The notes under the pieces were generated by a model. That model had not been told where the DNA came from. It was given only the letters and a program-made list of their open reading frames with translations, and searched no databases. This document shows, piece after piece, positions 48,007-57,312 of a stretch of 61,695 bases of DNA (positions are counted from its first letter, which is position 1; every line of letters begins with the position of its first letter). The DNA lies in the sequence record SRR31156797_3235, one strand, 5' to 3'. Made by a program: the position numbers and the translations under genes.

Positions 48007-48891
48007 ATGGAGAAAGTCAAGGAATCTGATATCTCAGTCATCATCCCGGCGTACAATGAAGCCCATAATATCGGCAAGATGGTCTCCCGGATTCTGGCGC
48101 TTCATCCCGATTTTGAAATCATTGTCATTGATGACGGTTCCACGGACGGCACCGGAGACATCGCCGGAGAGGCGGGAGCGATCGTCTACAAGCATCCCTA
48201 CAATATCGGCAACGGCGCCGCCATCAAAAGCGGTGTTCGGATTGCCTCGGGTCGGGTTCTGGTATTTATGGATGCCGATGGTCAGCACGACCCTGCGGAT
48301 CTGGGTCAGCTGATTCAGCATTTTCCGGAATTCGATATGGTGGTGGGTGCCAGACCCGGAGGGGCACAGGATTCAAGGATTCGGGCATTGGGCAACCGGA
48401 TTTACAATCGCCTGGCCTCCTATGTGACGAATTTTCGGGTCCGGGATTTAACGTCCGGTTTCAGGGCCGTAAAATCGGATCTGGCACGAAACCTGCTTTA
48501 CCTCTTGCCCAATACCTATTCCTACCCCACAACCCTCACATTGGGGACGCTCAGGTCCGGGAAAAGCGTCAAATATGTTAAAATCAGAGTTCAGCCACGG
48601 AAAACGGGAAAAAGCGAAATTCGGATCATAAAAGACGGCGTGCGATTTTTCATGATTATTATCAGGATCTGCACCTTTTATTCGCCCCTGAAGATTTTTC
48701 TGCCCATCAGCATTTGTCTTTTTCTGACAGGTCTTGCCTATTATGCTTATACTTTTTTTACATCCGGGCGATTTACCAACATGAGCGCACTTCTCTTCAC
48801 CACTTCCATCCTCATCTTCATGCTGGGCCTGATTTCCGAGCAGATCAGCCAGATGCGCTTTGAAAAAAGTGAAGGGGACCGGTTTGTTTGA
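48007..48891 (+). CDS. DPM-like polyprenyl-phosphate glycosyltransferase (GT2 plus 2 TM)
   Basis: IIPAYNE, IDDGSTD, NIGNGAAIKSG, MDADGQHDP, VVGAR, DLTSGFRA, GLISEQI. Confidence 0.88.
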   Translation: MEKVKESDISVIIPAYNEAHNIGKMVSRILALHPDFEIIVIDDGSTDGTGDIAGEAGAIVYKHPYNIGNGAAIKSGVRIASGRVLVFMDADGQHDPADLGQLIQHFPEFDMVVGARPGGAQDSRIRALGNRIYNRLASYVTNFRVRDLTSGFRAVKSDLARNLLYLLPNTYSYPTTLTLGTLRSGKSVKYVKIRVQPRKTGKSEIRIIKDGVRFFMIIIRICTFYSPLKIFLPISICLFLTGLAYYAYTFFTSGRFTNMSALLFTTSILIFMLGLISEQISQMRFEKSEGDRFV

Positions 48892-48988
48892 ATGAAAATT
48901 TGCAGAAACAGACGATGTGATTTGACCGGCGAGAATAAGCGCTCTTCTGGTCTGTGTATTTCAGAATACCATTTGATAGGGAAAAGAA

Positions 48989-50053
48989 ATGATTCCTGAG
49001 GGTATCCTATTTATCACCCGGAATTATCCGCCCAAGGTGGGAGGCCTTGAGGAATACAGCTATAACCTGATCAAAGAATTCGAAGCCCATGAATCCACCT
49101 TTAAAATAACGCTCTCAAGGTCAATAAAACATCTCATCTGGTTTTTTCCCTATTCCCTTCTCAAGGCGTTTTATATTATCCAAAGATCCTCTGTTTCACA
49201 CGTTCATTTGTGTGATGGTCTGCTTGCGCCTGTGGGTTTGATTTTGAAATGTCTGACCCGGGCAAAGGTCACCGCAACCATCCACGGTCTGGATATTACC
49301 TACGGGAATCTGCTTTATCAAAAGGTCATTCCATGGTGCATCGAAAGGGTGGACAGGATCGTTTGTGTGAGCCGTTCCACCCGTGATGAGGTTTTGAAAA
49401 GGACCCGGATCTCTCCTGGAAATTGCGCTGTTATTCCCAACGGAGTCAATCCCGACAACATATTTCTGCCTCAGCCGAAGGGGGGGTTACACCGAAAATT
49501 TACCGTTTTAACCAAGCTATCGCTTTCCAACCGTAAGATCCTGTTTACGCTTGGTCATCTGGTAAGGAGAAAGGGCGTGGCCTGGTTTGTGGCGCATGTG
49601 ATGCCGGGATTACCGGACCAGTATGTTTATCTGATTGCGGGAGAAGGTCCGGAAAGAGGGCCTATTGAGAAGGTCATTGCCCGCCATCATCTTGAAAAGC
49701 GAGTATTCCTCTTAGGTGAGGTAACCAATGAAATCCGCAATATCCTCTACAACCTTGCTGATATATTTGTCATGCCCAATATCACCGTTCCCAATGATAT
49801 GGAAGGGTTCGGCATTGTCGCCATTGAAGCCGGAAGTTGCGGCTTGCCGGTGGTCGCGAGCAATATTCAGGGCTTAAGGGATGCGGTGCTGGATGGAAAG
49901 ACGGGATATCTGATAGGGGAAGGGGATGTGATTGGTTTTGTTAGGGGAATAAAAAAAATGGATCTTCAAGGGGATGAAATTAGAAAAATCGTAACGGGAG
50001 CATTCAGTTGGAAAAGTCTCTCTGAAGAATACCGGCGTTTCCTTTTCCCGTGA
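48989..50053 (+). CDS. GT4 glycosyltransferase
   Basis: RNYPPKVGG, HGLD, IPNG, RRKG, MEGFGIVAIEA. Confidence 0.9.
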   Translation: MIPEGILFITRNYPPKVGGLEEYSYNLIKEFEAHESTFKITLSRSIKHLIWFFPYSLLKAFYIIQRSSVSHVHLCDGLLAPVGLILKCLTRAKVTATIHGLDITYGNLLYQKVIPWCIERVDRIVCVSRSTRDEVLKRTRISPGNCAVIPNGVNPDNIFLPQPKGGLHRKFTVLTKLSLSNRKILFTLGHLVRRKGVAWFVAHVMPGLPDQYVYLIAGEGPERGPIEKVIARHHLEKRVFLLGEVTNEIRNILYNLADIFVMPNITVPNDMEGFGIVAIEAGSCGLPVVASNIQGLRDAVLDGKTGYLIGEGDVIGFVRGIKKMDLQGDEIRKIVTGAFSWKSLSEEYRRFLFP

Positions 50054-50059
50054 GATTTA

Positions 50060-51085
50060 TTAAAATGCCGGGGATTGTTCCAGCACTTCTTCGAATAGCT
50101 TTCTGTATTCTCGAACCATCCTCTCAACGGTAAACATCTTTTCCACCTTGGCCCGGTTGTATTCCCCCATTTCCTTCCTGAGCCCCGGGGAATCCGCCAG
50201 CAAATTGATCTTTGCCGCAAAAGCATTCGTATCTCCCACCGGACACAGAAATCCGCCCTTTCCGTGATCGATTTGCTCCGGCAGAGAGCTGCAGTTGCTG
50301 GCAACAACCGGAAGTCCACATGCCATGGCCTCCAGAACCGCGAGGCTTAAACCTTCACGGACGGTGGGGATCAAGAGGATTTGCGCCTGTTGATACCGAT
50401 TTGGCATTTTTCTGAAAGGCACGGGTCCCAAGGGGTGGAAGCCCGGTTTTCCGGCCAACACATCGCTTCCGCGGAGGCCCTGGGTGTAATAGATTCCAAT
50501 GTTCTTCCCCACTCTCTTCAGTATTCCGGGAAGCCAGTTTACGCCTTTTCGCCTTGTGAGGTTGCCCGAAAACATGACGCGGATCTCGTTTTTTAAAACT
50601 TTTTGAGTCCGGGAGGGGACAAAGTGTTCAATGTCTACGCCGTTGTAGATAACCGGTATGGGCTTGGTAAGGTTTAAATCCTTCTGGGCAATGCATGCGG
50701 TGAAGCGACTAACCGCTGTCATCACCGAAGCCCTTTTCAAGGCCAAACGGGTCCACATCCTGAGATCTGTTCGATAATGGATCCTTTGGAGGGTTGAGCT
50801 GTAGGGTCTCATCCAGGGGTCCAGAACGTAATTATGAAAAGTCAGTACCAAGGGGATGCAATTTCGGTGAAAAAAAAACGCATAATCGGGTGAGGTGTGC
50901 AGAATGCGGGCGCGTTTGTTTGGGAATAAGGCCCATAAGGAGAACGGAAAAAAAGTATACCGCGGATGGTAGCCTTTCACGCAGTAACCAGGAATGTTTT
51001 TTTCCAGGATTTTATGAAGGATATGTGCCCCATTACCCTTCGCCATGAAACTGACGATCTCTTTCGGTTTTTCAGGCCGATCCAT
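50060..51085 (-). CDS. GT4 glycosyltransferase
   Basis: IYNGVD, RRKG, EGLSLAVLEAMACGLPVV. Confidence 0.88.
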   Translation of the reverse strand: MDRPEKPKEIVSFMAKGNGAHILHKILEKNIPGYCVKGYHPRYTFFPFSLWALFPNKRARILHTSPDYAFFFHRNCIPLVLTFHNYVLDPWMRPYSSTLQRIHYRTDLRMWTRLALKRASVMTAVSRFTACIAQKDLNLTKPIPVIYNGVDIEHFVPSRTQKVLKNEIRVMFSGNLTRRKGVNWLPGILKRVGKNIGIYYTQGLRGSDVLAGKPGFHPLGPVPFRKMPNRYQQAQILLIPTVREGLSLAVLEAMACGLPVVASNCSSLPEQIDHGKGGFLCPVGDTNAFAAKINLLADSPGLRKEMGEYNRAKVEKMFTVERMVREYRKLFEEVLEQSPAF

Positions 51086-51866
51086 TCTTTGTTGACCCTC
51101 TCCCTTTAAGCAAAGGGGTAAGATGAACCTTCATGGGAAAGTAAGCGCATCTGAAAAGAACCTGGAGCATTTTCCACGGTACGATCCTTTCATTCTTTTT
51201 CTGAACCGAAAATTCCTCCAGAATGCGCTTTCTTACGAGAGATTCTCGATGGCTGAGTCCGGCTCCCCCCATGAGCGTTACAGGTTGTCCTGCAAATCTT
51301 ACTCTGGCCCCTGTAGCCAATGCCCTGTAAAAAAAATCATAGTCAAAGGCGATGGAAAACTGTTCATCAAACCCCCCGATTTGTTCAAAAACCCTGCGGT
51401 GAACGAAGGCGCCTTGATGGAGAAAAACGGTCTTAAAGTGATGCCAAGAAATCAGATTTTTAGGTCGAAGTAGCTTTCGGTCTCCAAAGGGTGGTTCCAG
51501 TATGATCGGAAAGGCACCGATGTCCGGACGCTCGGTTTTTAAAATGGGGTATACCGCTGCTAAAATACTTTTTTCCAGAAAACGGTCGTCCGCATGGATC
51601 ACAAGAACATACGTCCCCCGTGCCAGCCGGAGGCCCTTGTTAAGGGCATGGGCAATCCCTCGATCCGGCTCCGATATCCACGTTAAATGATAAGATCCCG
51701 CCAAATTTCGCAAGATTTCTTTTGTTCCATCAACGGAATCCCCGTCCACTACGATGTGTTCAAGATCTTCAAAAGTTTGATTTTTAACGGAAAGCAAGGT
51801 CTTTTTTAAAGTTTTGTCATTGTTCAAGCTCGCGGTGAGGATTGTGAAAAAGGGATCGGGGTTCAC
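51072..51866 (-). CDS. GT2 glycosyltransferase (WfgS/WcaE-like)
   Basis: VVDGDSVDGT, SEPDRGIAHALNKG, HADD, HQG, GGFD..FDYDF; GTG at 51866 overlaps the upstream stop (GTGA). Confidence 0.87.
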   Translation of the reverse strand: MNPDPFFTILTASLNNDKTLKKTLLSVKNQTFEDLEHIVVDGDSVDGTKEILRNLAGSYHLTWISEPDRGIAHALNKGLRLARGTYVLVIHADDRFLEKSILAAVYPILKTERPDIGAFPIILEPPFGDRKLLRPKNLISWHHFKTVFLHQGAFVHRRVFEQIGGFDEQFSIAFDYDFFYRALATGARVRFAGQPVTLMGGAGLSHRESLVRKRILEEFSVQKKNERIVPWKMLQVLFRCAYFPMKVHLTPLLKGRGSTKNGSA

Positions 51867-52933
51867 GGGAGGAACCTCAAACCCGGCTCTTTTCGACAAA
51901 ATTCCTCATGGGCCGCAAGAGGTGTTTGCCTGAGAATAACTTTGGCCCGGATGCTGTTTGCACGCCCGGAAATAATGTATCGGATTTTCATGATTTGGCT
52001 CAGCGCTTTAGGGGGTAAGAAAGAAAAGAGAAACAGAATCCTCGGAAAGATGGACCCGGGAAGACAATTTATACTCAGCGCCAGTTTTCTTCTGGCAGCG
52101 GTTTTTCTCCCCGTTTTTAGAAGGTCTCTACCCTCATTCAGACGGTCTATTCCGTATCGAATATACTGACTCTCCCTGAGAAAGGGGTAAAGACGGACCA
52201 TTCGGGCAAATACCTTGTTTCGTTCGTTTTTTACCGCTTCCGAGTTCTGCATGTTATGGGTATGGACCCTTTTGATAACCAGAGGTTCCCGTATGTACTC
52301 GATCTGAAAATGGGCGATGGCACGGAAAAGGAATTCATAATCATCCCATCCGATCAGCTGTTCGTTGAAAAGGCCCGTTTTTTTGAAAACAGACTTCTTG
52401 ACCAGCATAATGCTGGATGAATTGACGGGTTTGAGAAAGAGCCCTTTAAGCAATTCTTTGCGGTTCTGATTTTCAAAGCCTGTGAAAATATCTCGCACTT
52501 TCATATTCCCATCCACAAAGAGTATGCCCGTGGAGACGATGCCCACATCTTCCCGGGAAGAGAGAAAGCGATTGATCTGCAGTTCCAATTTGTTCTCGAT
52601 CCAAAGATCATCCTGGTCCAGGAATGCGACATATCTTCCCCTGGCCGCAGAAACACCTGAATTTTTTGTCGCTGCGATCCCCCGGTTTGTGGGGTGTGTT
52701 ATGATCCGAATCCGATGATCCGCCATGTAGGCTTCACCCGCAAGGAAAGATCGATCAGTGGATCCATCATCAACGATAATGAGTTCCCAGTTGCGGTGGG
52801 TTTGTTTTTGAACACACGCAACGGCCCCGGCTATAAAAACTTCCCCATTATAGTATGGAATGATGACGGAGATAAGAGGAGATTTCTTTTGGCTTTGATC
52901 CTGAATCGATTTTTTGTTTTTGGTCTCTATCAC
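51863..52933 (-). CDS. GT2 glycosyltransferase
   Basis: ISVIIPYYN, VDDGSTD, FLDQDDLW, DDYEF; GTG at 52933 overlaps the upstream stop (GTGA). Confidence 0.87.
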   Translation of the reverse strand: MIETKNKKSIQDQSQKKSPLISVIIPYYNGEVFIAGAVACVQKQTHRNWELIIVDDGSTDRSFLAGEAYMADHRIRIITHPTNRGIAATKNSGVSAARGRYVAFLDQDDLWIENKLELQINRFLSSREDVGIVSTGILFVDGNMKVRDIFTGFENQNRKELLKGLFLKPVNSSSIMLVKKSVFKKTGLFNEQLIGWDDYEFLFRAIAHFQIEYIREPLVIKRVHTHNMQNSEAVKNERNKVFARMVRLYPFLRESQYIRYGIDRLNEGRDLLKTGRKTAARRKLALSINCLPGSIFPRILFLFSFLPPKALSQIMKIRYIISGRANSIRAKVILRQTPLAAHEEFCRKEPGLRFLP

Positions 52934-54027
52934 AGCCCTCTGCCCTTGGGGGAGCCCTGCTCCATCGCTTTGCTGAATCTTTGTTCGATCTGAGCCGCCG
53001 CACGATTCCAACTGAAGTTCCGTTGCACATGCCTGGCGGCCGCTTTAGATAATTGTGATCGGAGATCCCCGTCATTCAACAGCCTGATCAGATTGTTCGC
53101 CAGAAGCTTCGGCGACCGCGGTGGTGATATGAGTGCTGTTTCGCCTTGAATCGCATAATCTTGAACGGCACCCACGTCCGTGGTGGCGACGGCGCACTCG
53201 CAAAGCATGGCTTCCATCGGCGGCATACCAAACCCTTCCGCATGGCTTGGAAAAAGAAAGATATGGCAGGAATTGTAGATTTCCCTGAGTCGATTTCCAC
53301 TCGGCCTTTCATGGAATTCGGTCTCAAGGGGTACGTCATCTCCATGCTCAGGACCAAACATGACCAATTGGATTCTTGGATATTTCTTCTTGGCAATGGC
53401 ATAAGCTGTGATACCATCGGCCATTCCTTTCCAGGAGAGAGAACGGTAGGGCATGAGGACTCGAATCGGGTCGGTTCCCCTCAACTTGTGCTCCGGATAG
53501 AACTGATCGCGGTCGGGCGCATGGAGAATCAGACTGTCCACCGGAACTCCCAGATCTCCATTGAGGATGTTTTTCAACCAGGTTGAGTTGACGATGATCT
53601 TGAGACCCAGACCATAGCTTTTATCAACCTTTTTCTTTGATCCTCCCCATATCTCATAATGTTGGGCAAGATAGAATTTGTGCCCTTTTCTTGGCGAGTA
53701 CCGGCTGATGGGGTAAGCGGTTTCCCACCATGTGGCCACGATGATGTCCCCGTCGGGTACATGCTTTTCTTTCAGGTTTGGGACTATCTTGAGGTCGGAT
53801 TTTAAAAAAAACCAGTCCAGGCCCGCGTGCGACAGGCCCTTTCCGGTGGGGTTTTTGATGGTCTTGACCAGAGGCATGATTGCTGTCTGAAACCTGGAAT
53901 GAGAAAGGGCCGACGGGCACAATACAACAACTTCATGGCCCCGGTCCGAGAGATGGTTAGCGAACTCAAAGACAGCTTTTACGCCCCCGGAGATATGGAT
54001 GTTGGGGATGGCAAAAGTGATTTTCAT
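52930..54027 (-). CDS. GT4 glycosyltransferase (WsaF-like)
   Basis: SGGVK, ATWWETA, QHYE, KG, EGFGMPPMEAM. Confidence 0.88.
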   Translation of the reverse strand: MKITFAIPNIHISGGVKAVFEFANHLSDRGHEVVVLCPSALSHSRFQTAIMPLVKTIKNPTGKGLSHAGLDWFFLKSDLKIVPNLKEKHVPDGDIIVATWWETAYPISRYSPRKGHKFYLAQHYEIWGGSKKKVDKSYGLGLKIIVNSTWLKNILNGDLGVPVDSLILHAPDRDQFYPEHKLRGTDPIRVLMPYRSLSWKGMADGITAYAIAKKKYPRIQLVMFGPEHGDDVPLETEFHERPSGNRLREIYNSCHIFLFPSHAEGFGMPPMEAMLCECAVATTDVGAVQDYAIQGETALISPPRSPKLLANNLIRLLNDGDLRSQLSKAAARHVQRNFSWNRAAAQIEQRFSKAMEQGSPKGRGL

Positions 54028-54707
54028 GATGGAATTTCCGAGTTCCGAGGATCAAGATCTTTTACGGCGAAGAGTTGAAACGCCAAATGGGGCCGGTGGT
54101 ATACAAACAGTTCGGTTAGTGCAACGAGAGCGGCGGAAATGGCGTGCGGAAGGCGGAAACGGACAATCGCCCGTCCTTCCTTGATCTTCCATAAATTCTG
54201 GAAACCGTGAAATCCCCGGACACGGAAGCCCAGTCGGCACAAGTCCCTGTTCGTGTAGCCGGATAGGTGCGTTTCATCAGGATTATCTTGTGGCCCTGCA
54301 TAGGTCGGCAGGAATCCATTGGGGGTTGTGAGAATAATTCTTCTCTTGGTGACCCGCTCTATTTCCCGCAACATGGTTTGGCCGTCGGGTTTGTTCAGGT
54401 GCTCCAGAATCTCAGTGGCTACGGTGCATTCAAAGGTGCGGTTTTTGAAAGGAAGCGCCCTAACGTCTCCAACGAGGTATAAATGGTGAACATGCTTATC
54501 CGCTCTGTTGAAGATATAGGGTGCATAACTGTCCAGGCCCACGCGAAAAGAATCCACGTAAAGGCTCCCTAAGGGTGAAGTTCGTCCACAACCCGCATCC
54601 AGCAGGGTCCAACCCTCTTGGATTTCCTCCGAGATCAAAGATGAAAGACCAAAACGTCCAAAAAGCCGTTCTCCCATGCTTTTGATCATATCCGTAAGAC
54701 TCAACAA
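54024..54707 (-). CDS. Class I SAM-dependent methyltransferase
   Basis: LLDAGCG, EILEHL, TTPNGF, HLSG. Confidence 0.82.
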   Translation of the reverse strand: MLSLTDMIKSMGERLFGRFGLSSLISEEIQEGWTLLDAGCGRTSPLGSLYVDSFRVGLDSYAPYIFNRADKHVHHLYLVGDVRALPFKNRTFECTVATEILEHLNKPDGQTMLREIERVTKRRIILTTPNGFLPTYAGPQDNPDETHLSGYTNRDLCRLGFRVRGFHGFQNLWKIKEGRAIVRFRLPHAISAALVALTELFVYHRPHLAFQLFAVKDLDPRNSEIPS

Positions 54708-54725
54708 ATTAAAAATTCTCCGTTG

Positions 54726-55799
54726 CTATTTATTCACCTTATGTTGCAGCTCTCCCATCAATAGTCGGGGATGCTTTAAATAGAACATCGCGATGGGATT
54801 ATAACTGGAGGTGAGACTCCATCCCGCGCCCCAGGAATTGAGACAGCCCTTGCAGTCTTTTACTTTCTTTCTGCACATCTCCGCTTCATGGCTGCGCCAG
54901 ATGGAAGAAGCGGAAGCTGTTCGTATGTTTCCCGCCTCATCATTCCAGAGATTCAGGCAGGGTGAAAGGGATCCGTCAGCTTTTATTACGCAAAAAGTGT
55001 GCATTGCAAAGCAGGGAAAATCGGGCGCTTTTCCAGAGAACGTTTTCATCCACAACTCTTGAAGAGGGGAGGGTGGTTGGGACCGAACGGCATCCATCAT
55101 CTCCCTGTTTCCAAGAAGCCTGTCCCTGTTTTCGTAAAACATGGAAACGTTGTACCAGGCTTCGGTCAACGGTATGTCCACTTCACTGGCATAATTCCTT
55201 ACCTCGCCGAGAGAGTGCAGCGTGAGATCGGATATGACGATGCCGGCGGAAACCGTCAATCCGGCCTTTGCGGATTTTCTCATGACGATCAGTTCACGGA
55301 TAAGCCGGTCGGTTTTCGTGAAACCGCCTTGCACGCCCCTGATTTGGTCATGAGCAGGTCCGATTCCATCGAGAGAGAGCCCCACATCCAAGGGGAAACC
55401 TTGTTCAATGGCCATTTGGGCTATCTGAATAACCCTCTCGGGGAGCAGTCCGTTACTGCTGAGTTGGATCACGGCACGCGGCAGCGACCGGTGAATGGCG
55501 AGGATCACTTCTTCCAGATCAATTCTCAATGTGGGTTCCCCACCCGTACAGATGACATATCGGACTCCCGCAAAGAGGGGGTCACTCAATGCCCTTTCCA
55601 ATTCCAGTGGCGTCAGAAGAGAAACGCCATGCTTGTTCTGCCAGATGCCGCAATGCACACAACGGGAGTTGCATTGATCCGTTACCATATAGACCAGTTG
55701 CTTGGGTCGGAGCGGATAACCCAAAGCCAACCCTCCCCGATTCATCAAACCTCTTTGAGCGCGTTTTGTCGCCCGGATCAATTTGAAAAGAATATTCAT
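54726..55799 (-). CDS. Radical SAM protein with SPASM/twitch-like C-terminal domain
   Basis: CNSRCVHC, TGGEP, SSNG, LSLDG...HDQIRG; C-terminal PCFA..DGSLSPC..GNI..CKGC. Confidence 0.88.
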   Translation of the reverse strand: MNILFKLIRATKRAQRGLMNRGGLALGYPLRPKQLVYMVTDQCNSRCVHCGIWQNKHGVSLLTPLELERALSDPLFAGVRYVICTGGEPTLRIDLEEVILAIHRSLPRAVIQLSSNGLLPERVIQIAQMAIEQGFPLDVGLSLDGIGPAHDQIRGVQGGFTKTDRLIRELIVMRKSAKAGLTVSAGIVISDLTLHSLGEVRNYASEVDIPLTEAWYNVSMFYENRDRLLGNREMMDAVRSQPPSPLQELWMKTFSGKAPDFPCFAMHTFCVIKADGSLSPCLNLWNDEAGNIRTASASSIWRSHEAEMCRKKVKDCKGCLNSWGAGWSLTSSYNPIAMFYLKHPRLLMGELQHKVNK

Positions 55800-57277
55800 A
55801 AAACAGTACCTTTGGCGCCATGATGTCTGTGGTTTAAAGGACGGAATAGAAAGTCATCCTTTTGAATAACCGCTGTAAGGTAAAGCATGGCCATATACGT
55901 AACCAGCGCCAGGGGTACTAAGAACATCAAGTGTAAATTATAGCAACCCAGGGTGACCAGGCACATGGTCCCTGTGGCGAGCGCTACCTTCAGCAGAAAA
56001 CCGGTTGGCCTTATGCTATTATTTGCCAAGTGGAGATCTTTTTTCCACCAGACGGCTAGGAGGACCAGACTTGCACACTCCGTCAGAACCGTTGCGATGC
56101 TTGCCCCAAGGAGGCTGAATCGAGGTATGAGCGCCAAGTTCAATAGCAAATTCAAGCCTGCACATATTCCGGTTGTTCTCAAGACAATAGACTGTTTGTT
56201 TCTTGCGTTGAAAAGGTTTCCGAAAGGTTGGCTCATGAAGATGAGGACCGTGGACCATATGAGTATTTGAAGTGGGAGCACTGAGGTGTCATATTGGTTG
56301 CCGTAAATAAGCAGGATGATCCTCCTGGCCAATAGGGTGGTAAGAATCCCCAGGGGGATGGCAATGAGCGTCAGATATTTGAAGGATTTCTGAAAAAATA
56401 GCTCTAAGAGTGTTTCAGAAGACTTGTAGTGTCTGGACATGACCGGATAAAGAGCCGCTATAAGGCCATTGGGGATGAACAGAAGGGAGAGCACAAGCCG
56501 GTATGCGGCATTGTAGCAGCCAACCACCTCATCCCCCTTCATGATGGACAGCATTACGCTATCGGTCCAGTAAAAGGTCATGAGAAATGCCATGGCCATT
56601 CCGAATGGAAAAGCCTCTTTTATTGTAGATCTATGGAAACTCCAATCCATCTCGATCATTTGTTCCTGCCATCGGGAGAAAACCTCGGTGAACCTGGTGG
56701 CGAAGACAAAGAATCCGTAGAGAAGAGCACCCATCCCTGACACCAGGTATATGCATGCGAAATAGATTACGTTCAGGTTCCGCCAGACGGCAAAGATGAC
56801 CCCCACCAGCATTATGGCCCCTGCGATCAAAGCCTGAAAGGCCTGGTACTCCATATGCTCATGGGCCTGGAACAGAGCCTGTAAAATGGAATTGAAGGCC
56901 TTTGTTACAATCCATAGTCCCAGGATGAGGATGATGAGGATGGTTTGTTGTGGGTATCCGAGGAAGGATATGGTGGCAAAAATGAATCCAAGGGTAAGGA
57001 TAGACAAAATGACCTTGATCCCGACGATATTTGCCAAATATTTTGGGGCCATGGTTTTGTTCCTGGCCACTTCCCTTGTCATAAGAGGTTGGAGACCAAA
57101 GTCGCAAAAGACCGCAAACAGATTCGTGAAAGCAAGGGCAAATGTTAGGACACCGAATATGGATGGACCAAGAAATCTGGCGGCAACCATCATATAAAAT
57201 AGAGCCATTGCGTAACCTGCCATCTGGCTGCCATAGGAGACCGCGGTATTTTTCAAAATTCTTTGAACGGTATGCAT
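55796..57277 (-). CDS. Wzx-type oligosaccharide flippase
   Basis: KN, ARFLGPSIFG, DFGL, DSVML..VGCYNAAYR, NLLLNLALIPRFSLLGASIAT. Confidence 0.9.
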   Translation of the reverse strand: MHTVQRILKNTAVSYGSQMAGYAMALFYMMVAARFLGPSIFGVLTFALAFTNLFAVFCDFGLQPLMTREVARNKTMAPKYLANIVGIKVILSILTLGFIFATISFLGYPQQTILIILILGLWIVTKAFNSILQALFQAHEHMEYQAFQALIAGAIMLVGVIFAVWRNLNVIYFACIYLVSGMGALLYGFFVFATRFTEVFSRWQEQMIEMDWSFHRSTIKEAFPFGMAMAFLMTFYWTDSVMLSIMKGDEVVGCYNAAYRLVLSLLFIPNGLIAALYPVMSRHYKSSETLLELFFQKSFKYLTLIAIPLGILTTLLARRIILLIYGNQYDTSVLPLQILIWSTVLIFMSQPFGNLFNARNKQSIVLRTTGICAGLNLLLNLALIPRFSLLGASIATVLTECASLVLLAVWWKKDLHLANNSIRPTGFLLKVALATGTMCLVTLGCYNLHLMFLVPLALVTYMAMLYLTAVIQKDDFLFRPLNHRHHGAKGTVL

Positions 57278-57312
57278 TAATGATTCTCTATGGGGAGTTT
57301 GTATCTAAGGGA

